Both the position numbers and the translations under genes were made by a program. A stretch of DNA of 54,076 bases, taken from assembly GCA_030586555.1 (NCBI GenBank), contig JAURAC010000009.1, forward strand, positions 1,915-55,990, given 5' to 3'. The notes below the pieces were generated by a model. That model was not told where the DNA came from. It ran no database searches and was given only the letters and a program-made list of their open reading frames with translations. This stretch comes from Candidatus Subterrananammoxibius californiae (lineage in GTDB: Bacteria > Planctomycetota > Brocadiia > Brocadiales > Subterrananammoxibiaceae). This document shows, one piece after another, positions 40,156 to 51,023 of the stretch; the first letter of the stretch is position 1; each line of letters starts with the position of its first letter.

Positions 40156-41157
40156 ATGAAGAAGTTCGCGCCTCATTTATTAATTATTGTGGTGGGCTTT
40201 TTGGCGCTGGCGCTTATGACATCCAATGCCTTAGCGCAGAAGTGTCAGCATTTACACCAGCTTTCAAAAAAGCTCCAGAAACAGCAAATCACAGTGCTAA
40301 GTTGTAAGCTTTGTGTTTGCGAAAAGATGGAGTCCTATATCATAAAGCACAGAATTAGGGCTTCCGTCCGTACAGACTGCGATTGCGATGAAACAAACGA
40401 TAGGGAATGCGACAAGTATCATCAGCATCCAAACTCTGGCGATGGAGACTATGAAGGATGGGCTTGTGTATGGAGCGCAAATGACGACCCAACAGGACCA
40501 ATTATTCCACCAGACGATGCAAGCTATCAGTCCTCAGGTATTCCAGACGATTGTATCTTTGATGCTACCATCACAAGGGTAATAAAGTATTGCAAGGATA
40601 CTGAAGACAATCCTGGCGACGCATGGCCAAGGGCTGGATATCATTCAGGCACATGGAAGCTCATTTGTGGTACGGAGAGGGTTGCAAGCGGCTCATTGCA
40701 GGGTGTTGATGGCGTTGACCCATCCTACGAGAGGTCTTATGACAGCACAGCTCGCGCCGCCCATGAGTTCTTGCCATGCGGCCAGACCGCTGGTTGTGTT
40801 GTATCCGAGGATCCGTGCGATGGAGCAGAGTGTTACTTAGCAGGCTGGCAGGTTGGCTGTTTAAGTGGCAGCACCACCGATTTGTTCTTCAGATTCCAGT
40901 GTCCTCCAACCGGTACATACGATAAGGAGGAGGTTGGTAATATTGCTGACTGCGAGCTTGGCGACCTGTATGTCATCAATGATTTCCGGGGCAAGCAGAT
41001 TTGTATTACCCCAACGGAAGATTGGAAGATCAAGGCTTGCTACAGTGGTGGAAATTATATTGATTGTGGTGCAAATGCTTGCGACCAGTGGGGAACTGAC
41101 TGGTGCGTCAGATTGGAAGGCGTAATTGCTATTAACGCAACAGATTGCATCCAGTAA
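40156..41157 (+). CDS. Secreted cysteine-rich protein of unknown function
   Basis: AGGAGG then MKKFAP...NALA signal peptide; 24 Cys counted in the mature chain; no CxxCH. Confidence 0.8.
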   Translation: MKKFAPHLLIIVVGFLALALMTSNALAQKCQHLHQLSKKLQKQQITVLSCKLCVCEKMESYIIKHRIRASVRTDCDCDETNDRECDKYHQHPNSGDGDYEGWACVWSANDDPTGPIIPPDDASYQSSGIPDDCIFDATITRVIKYCKDTEDNPGDAWPRAGYHSGTWKLICGTERVASGSLQGVDGVDPSYERSYDSTARAAHEFLPCGQTAGCVVSEDPCDGAECYLAGWQVGCLSGSTTDLFFRFQCPPTGTYDKEEVGNIADCELGDLYVINDFRGKQICITPTEDWKIKACYSGGNYIDCGANACDQWGTDWCVRLEGVIAINATDCIQ

Positions 41158-41203
41158 GCTTGTCCTGAACTTGTTTCAGAATTAGCTTAAGTTGTAGATA
41201 TGA

Positions 41204-41245
41204 AAGAAGGGGAGGTGAATCAAATATCCTCCCCTTCTTAGTTTA
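41204..41245 (+). terminator. Probable intrinsic terminator
   Basis: AAGAAGGGGAGG...CCTCCCCTTCTT hairpin followed by T-rich sequence. Confidence 0.55.
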
Positions 41246-41461
41246 TAGGTTTTCTATGATGAAACCCGCCTGAGGCAGACGCACATGATAACACACATCC
41301 CCAACCCCCTCTTTTTAGAGGGGAGCCAAGTACATCTTTTCCCCTCTATTAAGAGGGGATTAAGGGGTGTGTATCATATTTCCTGAACTTGTTTTTATTA
41401 TTTAATTCGTTGGTTACTCCTATTACTACTTTTGTTACTTTTATGGAGAGAAGTTTTTAAA

Positions 41462-42265
41462 ATGATAAAAAAAATTGCTTATTTTTGGGTTTTCCTGATT
41501 TTTTCTATTTATCAAATTGATTCAAGAATACCCCTGGGCAGTGAAACTAAGGACGTACCCTCAGGCGAAGCGAAGGAGGCGCCCACCACAGGCGGGCAAA
41601 AGATGTCTGAGCGGGAATTCTTTAACGCCGTACAGATGCCTGAGTATACCGACTATACAAAAAAGGCAAGTCAACTATACAATGAGGATAAATATAAAGA
41701 ATCTATAGAAATAAGTAAAAAGGTGCTTGACCTCTATAATGAACGTTATGAAGAAATTAAAAAAGGCTACGAGAAATATAGCGCATCAAAGGAAGTGCAG
41801 AAGAAATTAGAATGCTTTCCCATCTTTCAATATGCTATAGCAACATATGCTGAGACGGCAGCGACTGAGCATAAAGCGCATACCATGCCTGAAAGGTACT
41901 TTATGCTCCTTAAGGCGAACAAGTTATTTGAATATGTCAGCGCTGTGTATCCAAAAGACTACAGGCAAAGTGCATATTTCAGCACGACTAAACGTCTACT
42001 GTTTAATGCAAAGGTAAAATCGAAATTTATCGAAGAAGAGGTAAAGACATACGAAGACACGGTCAACCCTTACGACTTTACCAAGGAAGAAAAGAGAACC
42101 CTTAAAAATGCCGTAGAGTTGATTGATAAGGTTGATAAGATAGCGAAAGAATACAAGCCAAAGCCTGTAGCGCCACGTCCCGAGCCTGTTGTAACGCCTC
42201 CGGGAGAGGGGTTACCACCTGCCGAAGGGGCAACCAGCGAGAAGGGTTCTGCAGTGGAGAAGTAG
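41462..42265 (+). CDS. Exported helical (TPR-like) hypothetical protein with Pro-rich tail
   Basis: Hydrophobic N-terminus; ASQLYNEDKYKESIE helix pattern; PVAPRPEPVVTPP. Confidence 0.6.
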   Translation: MIKKIAYFWVFLIFSIYQIDSRIPLGSETKDVPSGEAKEAPTTGGQKMSEREFFNAVQMPEYTDYTKKASQLYNEDKYKESIEISKKVLDLYNERYEEIKKGYEKYSASKEVQKKLECFPIFQYAIATYAETAATEHKAHTMPERYFMLLKANKLFEYVSAVYPKDYRQSAYFSTTKRLLFNAKVKSKFIEEEVKTYEDTVNPYDFTKEEKRTLKNAVELIDKVDKIAKEYKPKPVAPRPEPVVTPPGEGLPPAEGATSEKGSAVEK

Positions 42266-42302
42266 TTTTTTATCTATTAGCAAATGTACCCTACGCACAA
42301 TA

Positions 42303-42492
42303 GGGTGGCACGGACAAGCTTTGCTTGTCCGTGTCCCTCCCTCTTTATCAAACACACGGACAAATAAAATTTGTCCGTGCCACCCAGTTATTGGGTTTGA
42401 ACACGGATAAACAAGCTCGCCATCGCTGAAGCTTTAGCGAAGCCGTGGTTTATCCATGCCACCCTGCATAGCGGTATTTTATTTGTCCGTGC
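42303..42492. repeat. Cluster of REP family A palindromes downstream of the RAYT
   Basis: Copies at 42303-42333 (+), 42355-42385 (-), 42402-42464 (-, nested insert) and a half copy overlapping the RAYT stop. Confidence 0.9.
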
Positions 42493-43057
42493 TAAAACTA
42501 AAATCATCAATTGCCAACACAACATCCTTTTCTCCATTGTACCAACTTGCACTCGACCATTTCCATTCTTGAGGAGTTGATACAAGCCCTCTCTTTACAG
42601 GATTATTATGAACATAATGAATCTTTTCAAAAAGTTCGTTTTCACTATTAATATTTCTATCATACCCTGGTTCAGCTTGCCAGAATCTAAAAACCTTCCT
42701 CGCTCCATGTTTAACACTTAGTTTGTCCAGCCAACTGGGATTATTTTCTTGTAGATAATATTTAGCCTTTCTTGCTACCGATTGTTTAAGGGTTTTTAAA
42801 AATGATGAAATATTATACGTTTGAACCAGTGGGTAAACTAAGAGATGGACATGTTCTGGCATGATTACATATGCCCATAGGGCATACTTATATTTTTCTT
42901 TAGCTTCGATAATTGCTTCAATTAACCAATGTCTTGTTCGTTCTTGGCTCAACAGTAGAAGTTCCTGATAACAAGAAAATGTTAAAAAGTGTGCGTGGCA
43001 TGGAATATTGTAATGGTGTATAGTTTTTCTTCGTTGTTGCTCTATTTTGTATTTCAT
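42479..43057 (-). mobile_element. REP-associated tyrosine transposase (RAYT, Y1 HUH family)
   Basis: HFLTF, AYVIMPEHVHLL (HUH), FWQ...YDRNI and YVHNNPVK (catalytic Tyr); REPs on both sides. Confidence 0.9.
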
Positions 43058-43069
43058 GTTTACTTTATA

Positions 43070-43100
43070 CACGGACAAGCAGAGGTTGTCCGTGCCACCC
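43070..43100 (-). repeat. REP family A copy upstream of the RAYT
   Basis: Minus strand GGGTGGCACGGACAACCTCTGCTTGTCCGTG. Confidence 0.9.
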
Positions 43101-43179
43101 ACAATCGTTAAGCTCTTGTTTTCCTTGAGAAACGGATAGCATTTATAAGTAGCTGTACTTTATATTTTAGCTTGTAAGC

Positions 43180-45309
43180 TTACCGAAATCTGTAAACAAG
43201 GGGACTTTCTTTTATCTCCCACGTTCCCTTATCCACATTTTCCCCATCAATGAAGGCAAGGTAGCTGTACTTTCCGTAATGCGCCAGTTTTGAACCAGCA
43301 AGCCTTACACCCTTTGCGCTCAATCCCATAAAAAGGCAGACGGACTTATTTATATTCAGAGGATTCTTGAAACAAACCAGCAAGGCTGCACCTTCCCCTG
43401 TGTACTCCCTTCCATTAAGGATAAAATTGTTAGCCGCAGGGATTACCTCTGGAGGTAGACCAGCCATCAATTTCTTTAATGTAGGATTTTCTGCGCCACT
43501 ACCAAGAATTATAAGTGAATTATTAGATGCATCTTTCTCAGATAGCTCCTTATCTATTTTTACAGTTATTTTACCCGAAGGATTAAGATGGCTAATTACC
43601 TCTCTGTACGCATCCTCTTCGGCAGGATGAATGATAATACAATCCCTGTCCCCCAGTACAGAATCAATCGTGGCAGGCATTTCTTCAGCATGAAGGCGGC
43701 GAAAGAGGTCATTATGCGGATCAACCTTAAGCGCAACGGGGGTGGCATGGACAAACTCGTTTGTCCGTGGTACAGTAAATGAGATTGTTGTGCTTGCCGA
43801 ATTACATTCTACGGTTTGCCATAATTCGCCTTTCTCCGTTTCTAAGACAATAGGCACGAACAGGTGAAAAAGCTGTCCTTTCTGAAGAAGTTCCACCTGA
43901 ATCTTGTAGCCGTTTTCTACGGGGTGAGATTCAACCCCGCCAATTGTAAGGATTGGAGCTCCTTTGAGCTGAATCCACTGCTTGAAGTACCAGTCGAGGT
44001 TTCTTCCGCTCACCTCTTCAAATGCAAGCTGGAAGTCCGTCCAGGTGGTATATTGCCATAGCCTGCGTTTATAAACAAGGCGGAGCGCATCAAAAAAGGG
44101 CTTATCTCCTATCATCTTCCGCATCATGTGAAAGACCATCGCCGCCTTGCCATATCCTATGGCGCTTGAGGGTGGGTCTAATCTTCCAATAAAATCCCTG
44201 AGTGGAAAATCATTAACCTCAATTACATAATTAGTGTATTTTCGGCAGATTTCCCTGCGGTATTCCTCTGCCGCATGAGTGCTCTTAAGTTCTTTATAAT
44301 AATAATCAGCGCAATAAGTGGTCAGCCCCTCGCACCAGTTCCCGCTTTTGTCCTCGCAAAATACGGAGTTACCCCACCAGTTATGCGCAATCTCGTGGCC
44401 AAGAGATATGTCTACAATAAAGGGCAGCTTTACAACGGTTCTGCCCAAAAGGGTGAAGGAAGGCATGCCGTAGCCTGTTGGGAAAAAGTTCTCAACCACG
44501 GCAAATTTTGTGAAGGGATAATCACCTAACATTTCCTCGTACATATCCAGATAATGCTTCACCGCATTTAGATACGTGGACGCTAATTCTTGTTCTTCAG
44601 GAAAGAAAAATGTATATATTGTTATTCCGTTATGCTCCTCAGACGTTATCTTATACCTTCCTGCAACGAGCACACAGTCATCTGAGGGGTGATTCGATTC
44701 CCAGATTGTATGCAATTTATCGTTAACGAGCTTTCTCTCGACGAGCGTGCCGTGCGTAACCACTTCATATTCTACGGGTGTTAGAGCGGCAACCCTGTAC
44801 GTTGCGAGACTTTCTAACTGGTCTGGGTACCACTGCGAGGCTTTGCTGAGATACACGCCTTCTTCGGAGATAATGCCCGTGGTCTTTGTTGGGTCATGAC
44901 TCTTGAGGGCTTCAGGCGTTATTTCTTCGTGAATTATGCCTTGATAAGACACCTCGATGTTTATTTCTTTACCTTGCCTCTGCTCCTGTGGGATAAAGAT
45001 TTCTACCCCGTTGTCCTGGCGGAAAACCCTTGCACTCTTGCCAGCAACCCTCGCCGATTCAACTTTAAGGCCCTTGTTTAAAAAACATTGGAATGTCTCA
45101 CGTTCTTCATTCTCAACCGTTAGGACATCCCTTGCCTTCAAAGCGTGCCCGGAAATATTTAATTCTATTTCAATGTTATGGCTTAATATTCGCCCCGTTA
45201 GAAGCTTAGCTTCTAACGGGATTCGATTATCCGCATAGAGTAATGAGCCTGAGGTATTACCACAAGCAATGAAAATAAGCAATAAAATGACCTTGTGATT
45301 TGTTTTCAT
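43180..45309 (-). CDS. Exported M1-family zinc aminopeptidase
   Basis: GYGMPS and HEIAHNWWGN...EGL (HExxH...E); two in-frame palindromes at 43740-43769 and 45194-45220. Confidence 0.88.
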   Translation of the reverse strand: MKTNHKVILLLIFIACGNTSGSLLYADNRIPLEAKLLTGRILSHNIEIELNISGHALKARDVLTVENEERETFQCFLNKGLKVESARVAGKSARVFRQDNGVEIFIPQEQRQGKEINIEVSYQGIIHEEITPEALKSHDPTKTTGIISEEGVYLSKASQWYPDQLESLATYRVAALTPVEYEVVTHGTLVERKLVNDKLHTIWESNHPSDDCVLVAGRYKITSEEHNGITIYTFFFPEEQELASTYLNAVKHYLDMYEEMLGDYPFTKFAVVENFFPTGYGMPSFTLLGRTVVKLPFIVDISLGHEIAHNWWGNSVFCEDKSGNWCEGLTTYCADYYYKELKSTHAAEEYRREICRKYTNYVIEVNDFPLRDFIGRLDPPSSAIGYGKAAMVFHMMRKMIGDKPFFDALRLVYKRRLWQYTTWTDFQLAFEEVSGRNLDWYFKQWIQLKGAPILTIGGVESHPVENGYKIQVELLQKGQLFHLFVPIVLETEKGELWQTVECNSASTTISFTVPRTNEFVHATPVALKVDPHNDLFRRLHAEEMPATIDSVLGDRDCIIIHPAEEDAYREVISHLNPSGKITVKIDKELSEKDASNNSLIILGSGAENPTLKKLMAGLPPEVIPAANNFILNGREYTGEGAALLVCFKNPLNINKSVCLFMGLSAKGVRLAGSKLAHYGKYSYLAFIDGENVDKGTWEIKESPLVYRFR

Positions 45310-45520
45310 AAGGAAGAAAGCCCCCCTTTCCTTTTCCTCCCTCTCGAGGGGCAGGGAAAGGTGGGGTGGTTTTAAATGACATAGATATTATATGCGGTGT
45401 GATGGCCATATTCTACGGAAAAGTTCTTGTTTTTTTTTTAATTTATGGTATGCTTTGACACTTGGCAAATAGGGGGAATTGGGGGTATTATATTAAATAT
45501 TAATTTGAGGAGGTTGGTTT

Positions 45521-45988
45521 ATGAGGAAGGGGTTTAAAAGGTATGGCATTGTTGTTTTGGGATTACTTGTCTGCTTAATATCAACACCATCTTTAATAGT
45601 AATAAAGTCGGTTTTAGCACAGCATATAGACATATTTAAGCTTACAGAGCCAGCCAAAAGAGGGAAGGTATCTGGAGAAACGGATATCATTAAGGTAGAA
45701 GACCATTATTCTTACGAGGTGCCCGTGGAGAAGGATAAGATAGATAAAAATGAAGTCCTCAGAACAGATGTTGACCTTATAGAGCCGAAAGAGGAAGAAA
45801 AAGCAATATATCAATGGCATCATGTTGAGATTTTTGAAGAAAGAGACATTACACAGGTACACACCCGCATAGTGGGTGACTTGAAATGTACACGTAAAAG
45901 AACGGGCACTATCTATTGGGTTCCCGATGGTAATAAGTATGTTATCTGGCAGACATGGTCAGGGTGGGATTGCGTAAAGGGGGAATAA
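45521..45988 (+). CDS. Exported hypothetical protein
   Basis: GGAGG ribosome-binding site, signal-like N-terminus, beta-rich C-terminus with two Cys. Confidence 0.65.
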   Translation: MRKGFKRYGIVVLGLLVCLISTPSLIVIKSVLAQHIDIFKLTEPAKRGKVSGETDIIKVEDHYSYEVPVEKDKIDKNEVLRTDVDLIEPKEEEKAIYQWHHVEIFEERDITQVHTRIVGDLKCTRKRTGTIYWVPDGNKYVIWQTWSGWDCVKGE

Positions 45989-46141
45989 AGCAGGCAAACG
46001 GGCAAAGAGGTAAAAAAGGAAGATAGGAAGTTTAGAGGTTAAGAAGTTAAGATAGTTGTCTTCCTTTAACCGCCTAATTTCTTAACTTCCTAACTTCTTA
46101 GCTTCTTCCCCTCTTAGCTTCTTTACCTTTTAGCCAATTTA

Positions 46142-46249
46142 TTACCGCATGTTTCTTTTGCCAGCCCTTCTGCCTTTGCATGGTTTTATGCCGTGGTTTG
46201 AGCGTTTGTTTTTCCATTTCAACTTGTCTCTTTTGGGGTCTTTTGCCAT
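46142..46249 (-). CDS. 35-aa basic protein, bL37-like ribosomal protein
   Basis: Hand translation MAKDPKRDKLKWKNKRSNHGIKPCKGRRAGKRNMR; AGGAAGGA upstream; tandem TAA stops; NHGxKP motif. Confidence 0.7.
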   Translation of the reverse strand: MAKDPKRDKLKWKNKRSNHGIKPCKGRRAGKRNMR

Positions 46250-46273
46250 ATCAAATTTTATCCTTCCTAAGCG

Positions 46274-46349
46274 GTAGACAATGAGGTTTTACCTCGTTGA
46301 TGCCGCTATTGCTGACTTTGTCTCAACGAACATAAAGTTCGTTGTCTAC
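46274..46349. repeat. REPIN-like doublet (copy 2)
   Basis: Arms near-identical to 16089-16160 with a different central spacer. Confidence 0.85.
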
Positions 46350-46357
46350 CAGTGTTT

Positions 46358-46570
46358 TTATTTAATTTCTTTTTCACCAGATTTAGGTTCAACCTTTTTG
46401 GGTTCTTCACTGACAGATTTTGTTACATCATCCTCAATGCCCTTTACCCCTTTCTTAAACTCTACGATACCCTTGCCAAGAGACCTCATAACTTCGGGTA
46501 ATCTCTTGCCAAAGAGGAGCAAAGCAATAACTCCTATAACAGCCATTTCCATCCATCCCGGTGTCCACAT
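46358..46570 (-). CDS. tatA: Twin-arginine translocase TatA
   Basis: LLLFGKRLPEVMRSLGKGIVEFKKG. Confidence 0.92.
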   Translation of the reverse strand: MWTPGWMEMAVIGVIALLLFGKRLPEVMRSLGKGIVEFKKGVKGIEDDVTKSVSEEPKKVEPKSGEKEIK

Positions 46571-46712
46571 TTTAGTTTCCTCCCATTAATTAGGGAATAG
46601 CCAACAGGGAATCGCCAATATTTCTATCCCCTATCCCCTGTCCCCTATTGCCTTTTCAAAAAGAAGTGAAGCTGTTTTCCATTATATTGTAATATGAGGG
46701 AAAGTCAATTAA

Positions 46713-47720
46713 TTAATCTGGTAGCGGTCTTATTTCCCTCAGTTTTTTGATAAGGTTGGAAACATCGGGAGGTAACTCTGCTTTGAAATCCATTGTCTTA
46801 TTAAGGATTGGGTGAAAGAACTTGAGCCTGTAGGCATGAAGTGCCTGCCTTTCTATAATGGGTTCCTCATCCTCTTTAACCTCTTTACCACGAAGCTCTG
46901 ACTCGTAGCACGCATCCTTGCCACCGTATGTGAAATCGGCAACTATCGGGTGCCCAATTGACCGCATGTGGACGCGAATCTGGTGCGTCCTTCCTGTTTC
47001 AGGCATGAGCTTGACAAGGGTATAGCCCCGAAAACGTTCCATAACCTCGTATACGGTTGTTGCCGATTTACCGATGTCATGTCTTATTGCCATTAGCTTT
47101 CTGTCTCTTACATGCCTTCCTATGGGACGCTTTATTAGGTCAGAATCAAGCTCAATTTCTCCTTCGACTACGGCAATATACTCCTTTTCTATCTTCCTAT
47201 CTTCGAACTGTCGTGCAATCTTGCTGTGCACCAAATTGCTTTTGATTGCTATCATTACCCCGCTGGTATCCCTATCGAGCCTGTGTACAATGCCGGGTCT
47301 CACGGGCCCGTTTATCCAGGAGAGGTTCTGACAGTGATACGCAAGTGCATTAACAAGCGTTCCAGATGGATGTCCTCCTGCAGGATGCACCACCATATCA
47401 GGAGGCTTGTTAATCACAATCAAATAATCGTCTTCATAGATAATGTCAAGCGGGATATTTTCAGGCTCTATCTTTTCAGCTTCGATTATGGGTATTTCAA
47501 GCGTAACGACATCATCCCGTCGTATCTCATAACTGCTCTTAACCGGGCCACCAGCAAAGCGGGCACCCGATACCTTCACAGCCCCTTCTTTAATCCATTT
47601 CTGTATGGCAGAACGCGAAAAGTTCGTAAACCGTGCAGCTAAATACTTATCAACCCTTCTTTGATAATCCTTCTTAACAACGAAGGTAATTTCCTTTGTT
47701 TTTATGGTGTCCTGAATCAT
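46713..47720 (-). CDS. rluD: RluD-like 23S rRNA pseudouridine synthase
   Basis: S4 domain, NKPPDMVVHP, GIVHRLDRDTSG and GRTHQIRVH. Confidence 0.88.
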   Translation of the reverse strand: MIQDTIKTKEITFVVKKDYQRRVDKYLAARFTNFSRSAIQKWIKEGAVKVSGARFAGGPVKSSYEIRRDDVVTLEIPIIEAEKIEPENIPLDIIYEDDYLIVINKPPDMVVHPAGGHPSGTLVNALAYHCQNLSWINGPVRPGIVHRLDRDTSGVMIAIKSNLVHSKIARQFEDRKIEKEYIAVVEGEIELDSDLIKRPIGRHVRDRKLMAIRHDIGKSATTVYEVMERFRGYTLVKLMPETGRTHQIRVHMRSIGHPIVADFTYGGKDACYESELRGKEVKEDEEPIIERQALHAYRLKFFHPILNKTMDFKAELPPDVSNLIKKLREIRPLPD

Positions 47721-48940
47721 CTTGCACACTTTCTCAGGAAATACTCCATGAGTTCGTGTCCGTGCTCTATAAAAAGTTTGGAACGCTGGGCATTTGCCTC
47801 GGTAAAAGGAAGGCCGAGGCCTTCCTCCACGCCATCGCCACCGATAGCAAAAGGCACAGGCTCTCGGCTGTGGGTCTTTTTTTCAATCGGGGTGTAGTGG
47901 TCCGGTAAAACCATTATGCGGAGGTTTTTTAAATCCCTCCCAGCTTCAAGGATTGGGGAAATAATCTTTTCATCAATGTTCTGGATAGCAAATATCTTTT
48001 CCTGCAGGTTGCCCTCGTGGCTTGCCTCATCGGTAGCCTCCACGTGCACGACGACCAGGTCGTGGTTTTTAAGGGCTTCAATGGCGTATTTGCCCTTGGC
48101 TGCATAGTCAGTATCAAGGTAGCCTGTTGCGCCGGGGACGTTAATTACGTCCCAGCCAATCAGCCTGGCAATCCCTTTAACAAGGTCAACAGCCGTTATA
48201 ACAGCTCCCGAAATGCCATACCTCTGTCTAAAACCTGGCATAGACGGCTTTTGCCCTTGCCCCCAGAGCCAAATCATATTGGCAGGGTTCTCCTTCAAAT
48301 CAATCCTCACTTTATTTATTTCATGCCCATCGAGAATTGCCTGAGACCGTGCCATCAACTCGATTAGCATCTCACTACCATTTCCTCTCGGGAGGTTTTC
48401 TTTTATGGATTGTCCCACGATGTCATGCGGCGGCATGCACTTCATATCCATCTTCAAGCTACCATGATATACCATAAGATGCCTGTAACTTGTTCCTGTA
48501 TAGAATTTGATTGATTCATTCCTGCCTGTGCCGGCACGGCAGACAGGACTTAGCTTCTCATTAAGCAATGAAATTAGCGTATCTGCCTCTTTTGTGGAGA
48601 TATGCCCGGCGCTAAAGTCCGCCATTATATCATCGTTAACCGTCACGAAATTACATCGAAATGCCCAATCATCCTTGCCTAACTTTACACCTATGTTAAC
48701 CGCCTCAAGCGGCGCACGGCCTGTAAAGTATTTGTTAGGGTCGTAACCTAACAGGCTCAGGTTAGCAATATCACTGCCAGGCGTAAACCCATCAGGAATA
48801 GTCTGAACGACGCCAATCTGGCCGTTCTCGGCAATAAAATCCATTCCCGGGGTCTTTGCAGCCTCAAGGGGCGTTCTACCCCCCAGCCTTTCCTGCGGAT
48901 AATCCGCCATACCATCTGGAATGATTATACAGTACTTCAT
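47717..48940 (-). CDS. apgM: Cofactor-independent phosphoglycerate mutase (ApgM family)
   Basis: PDGMAD, TPLEAAKTP, GSDIANL, DEASH and PDH. Confidence 0.9.
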   Translation of the reverse strand: MKYCIIIPDGMADYPQERLGGRTPLEAAKTPGMDFIAENGQIGVVQTIPDGFTPGSDIANLSLLGYDPNKYFTGRAPLEAVNIGVKLGKDDWAFRCNFVTVNDDIMADFSAGHISTKEADTLISLLNEKLSPVCRAGTGRNESIKFYTGTSYRHLMVYHGSLKMDMKCMPPHDIVGQSIKENLPRGNGSEMLIELMARSQAILDGHEINKVRIDLKENPANMIWLWGQGQKPSMPGFRQRYGISGAVITAVDLVKGIARLIGWDVINVPGATGYLDTDYAAKGKYAIEALKNHDLVVVHVEATDEASHEGNLQEKIFAIQNIDEKIISPILEAGRDLKNLRIMVLPDHYTPIEKKTHSREPVPFAIGGDGVEEGLGLPFTEANAQRSKLFIEHGHELMEYFLRKCAR

Positions 48941-49079
48941 GATGCTAATATTATATACAAATTGTATAATCACAGTCAAACGTATTGTATTTTTTCTCTT
49001 GTATTACAAAAAATTGTTTGTTAATATCACAATTGAGTCATGAGTCAAGAGTCAGGAGTTGAGTGTTAAAGACTCATGA

Positions 49080-50024
<945 letters not shown>

Positions 50025-50028
50025 AATA

Positions 50029-50661
50029 ATGTCCAGTCGCTTAGCAGAAATTTTTGAAGATGAAAATCTTGTGGAAAAGATAAAGAGACGTTTGCCTTAT
50101 CTCTTCCATCTTGCTGAGTTAGAAAGTTCAAGGGCAGGTAAAACCGGAATGGAGGTTGGCTCAGTTCGTGAAAGGATAATAGTCGCTTTACTCATTTACA
50201 AATTTGGTGAGGCAAACGTGGAGACTGAAATTCCTATTACTGAGCCAGAAGTAGATGCAAAATTATTTGGAGAACCTGTATCTATTAAGACAATTACGGG
50301 TAAAGGTTTCGGAGGTGTCAAACTGATATGGACTGTTGATGCTCAAAAAGCAAAAGAATTTCGCGAAAACTATTATCCTTTTTGTGATATTCTGCTTGTC
50401 CAAATCAATTGGGATGACTTTGGAGGGTTCTATTACATTCCGTTGGATGTTCAGAAAAGAACTTTTGATAAAATAGGCAAACAAAATTATATTAAGCTTC
50501 CGAAAGCAGGGACAAATCCAAGGGGTGCTGAATTTACTAAAGAAGCATTAGCAAGTTTAGTTAAAGATAGTGAGTCCAAGGGTATAGTAATAAACTGGCA
50601 AAGAAAAAAGGTAGAATTCAATTCCTATAAAAGATGGGTTGACTTTTGGAGGGAAGACTAA
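50029..50661 (+). CDS. Type II restriction endonuclease, ThaI-like
   Basis: Recognised family pattern GMEVGSVRERII...EPEVD...SIKT...GTNPRG; adjacent to an amino-methyltransferase. Confidence 0.75.
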   Translation: MSSRLAEIFEDENLVEKIKRRLPYLFHLAELESSRAGKTGMEVGSVRERIIVALLIYKFGEANVETEIPITEPEVDAKLFGEPVSIKTITGKGFGGVKLIWTVDAQKAKEFRENYYPFCDILLVQINWDDFGGFYYIPLDVQKRTFDKIGKQNYIKLPKAGTNPRGAEFTKEALASLVKDSESKGIVINWQRKKVEFNSYKRWVDFWRED

Positions 50662-51023
50662 TGAAAATGGTTCAAGAGAAGAGGGAAAAAGAAAGAGAAG
50701 CAAGAAAAAACATTGCTCTTCTTACAGGTCGGGTAGAAGATGCGCAAATTAACGAAATAAGTAAGGAACTTTTTCTGGGACAGATTGTCAAAAAAGGGAA
50801 AGATTGGATATGCCCCGTCTGCTACCGTCCCCATCATAAGAAGCCAGGACCATTCACTTGTGGAATAACAGTCCATAGAAACGAGAGAACTGTTTCATTA
50901 TGGGCACGCGCCTTGAATTGTTGCAGATGGGAACAATATTTCCCGTTTGAAAAAATTAAAGAGCGAAAAGTAGAGGCATCAAATTTGAATCCAGTTTTAA
51001 AAAGGATATTCTATCCAAAATGA
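50661..51023 (+). CDS. Small Cys/His-containing hypothetical protein inside the R-M cassette
   Basis: Overlaps both neighbours (TAATG and ATGA); CPVC..PHH...C...H...CC. Confidence 0.6.
   Translation: MKMVQEKREKEREARKNIALLTGRVEDAQINEISKELFLGQIVKKGKDWICPVCYRPHHKKPGPFTCGITVHRNERTVSLWARALNCCRWEQYFPFEKIKERKVEASNLNPVLKRIFYPK

Noticed and set aside
42303..42464. Repeat cluster as a CRISPR array
   Set aside because: Copies occur in both orientations, have variable loops and flank a Y1 transposase, which fits REPs.
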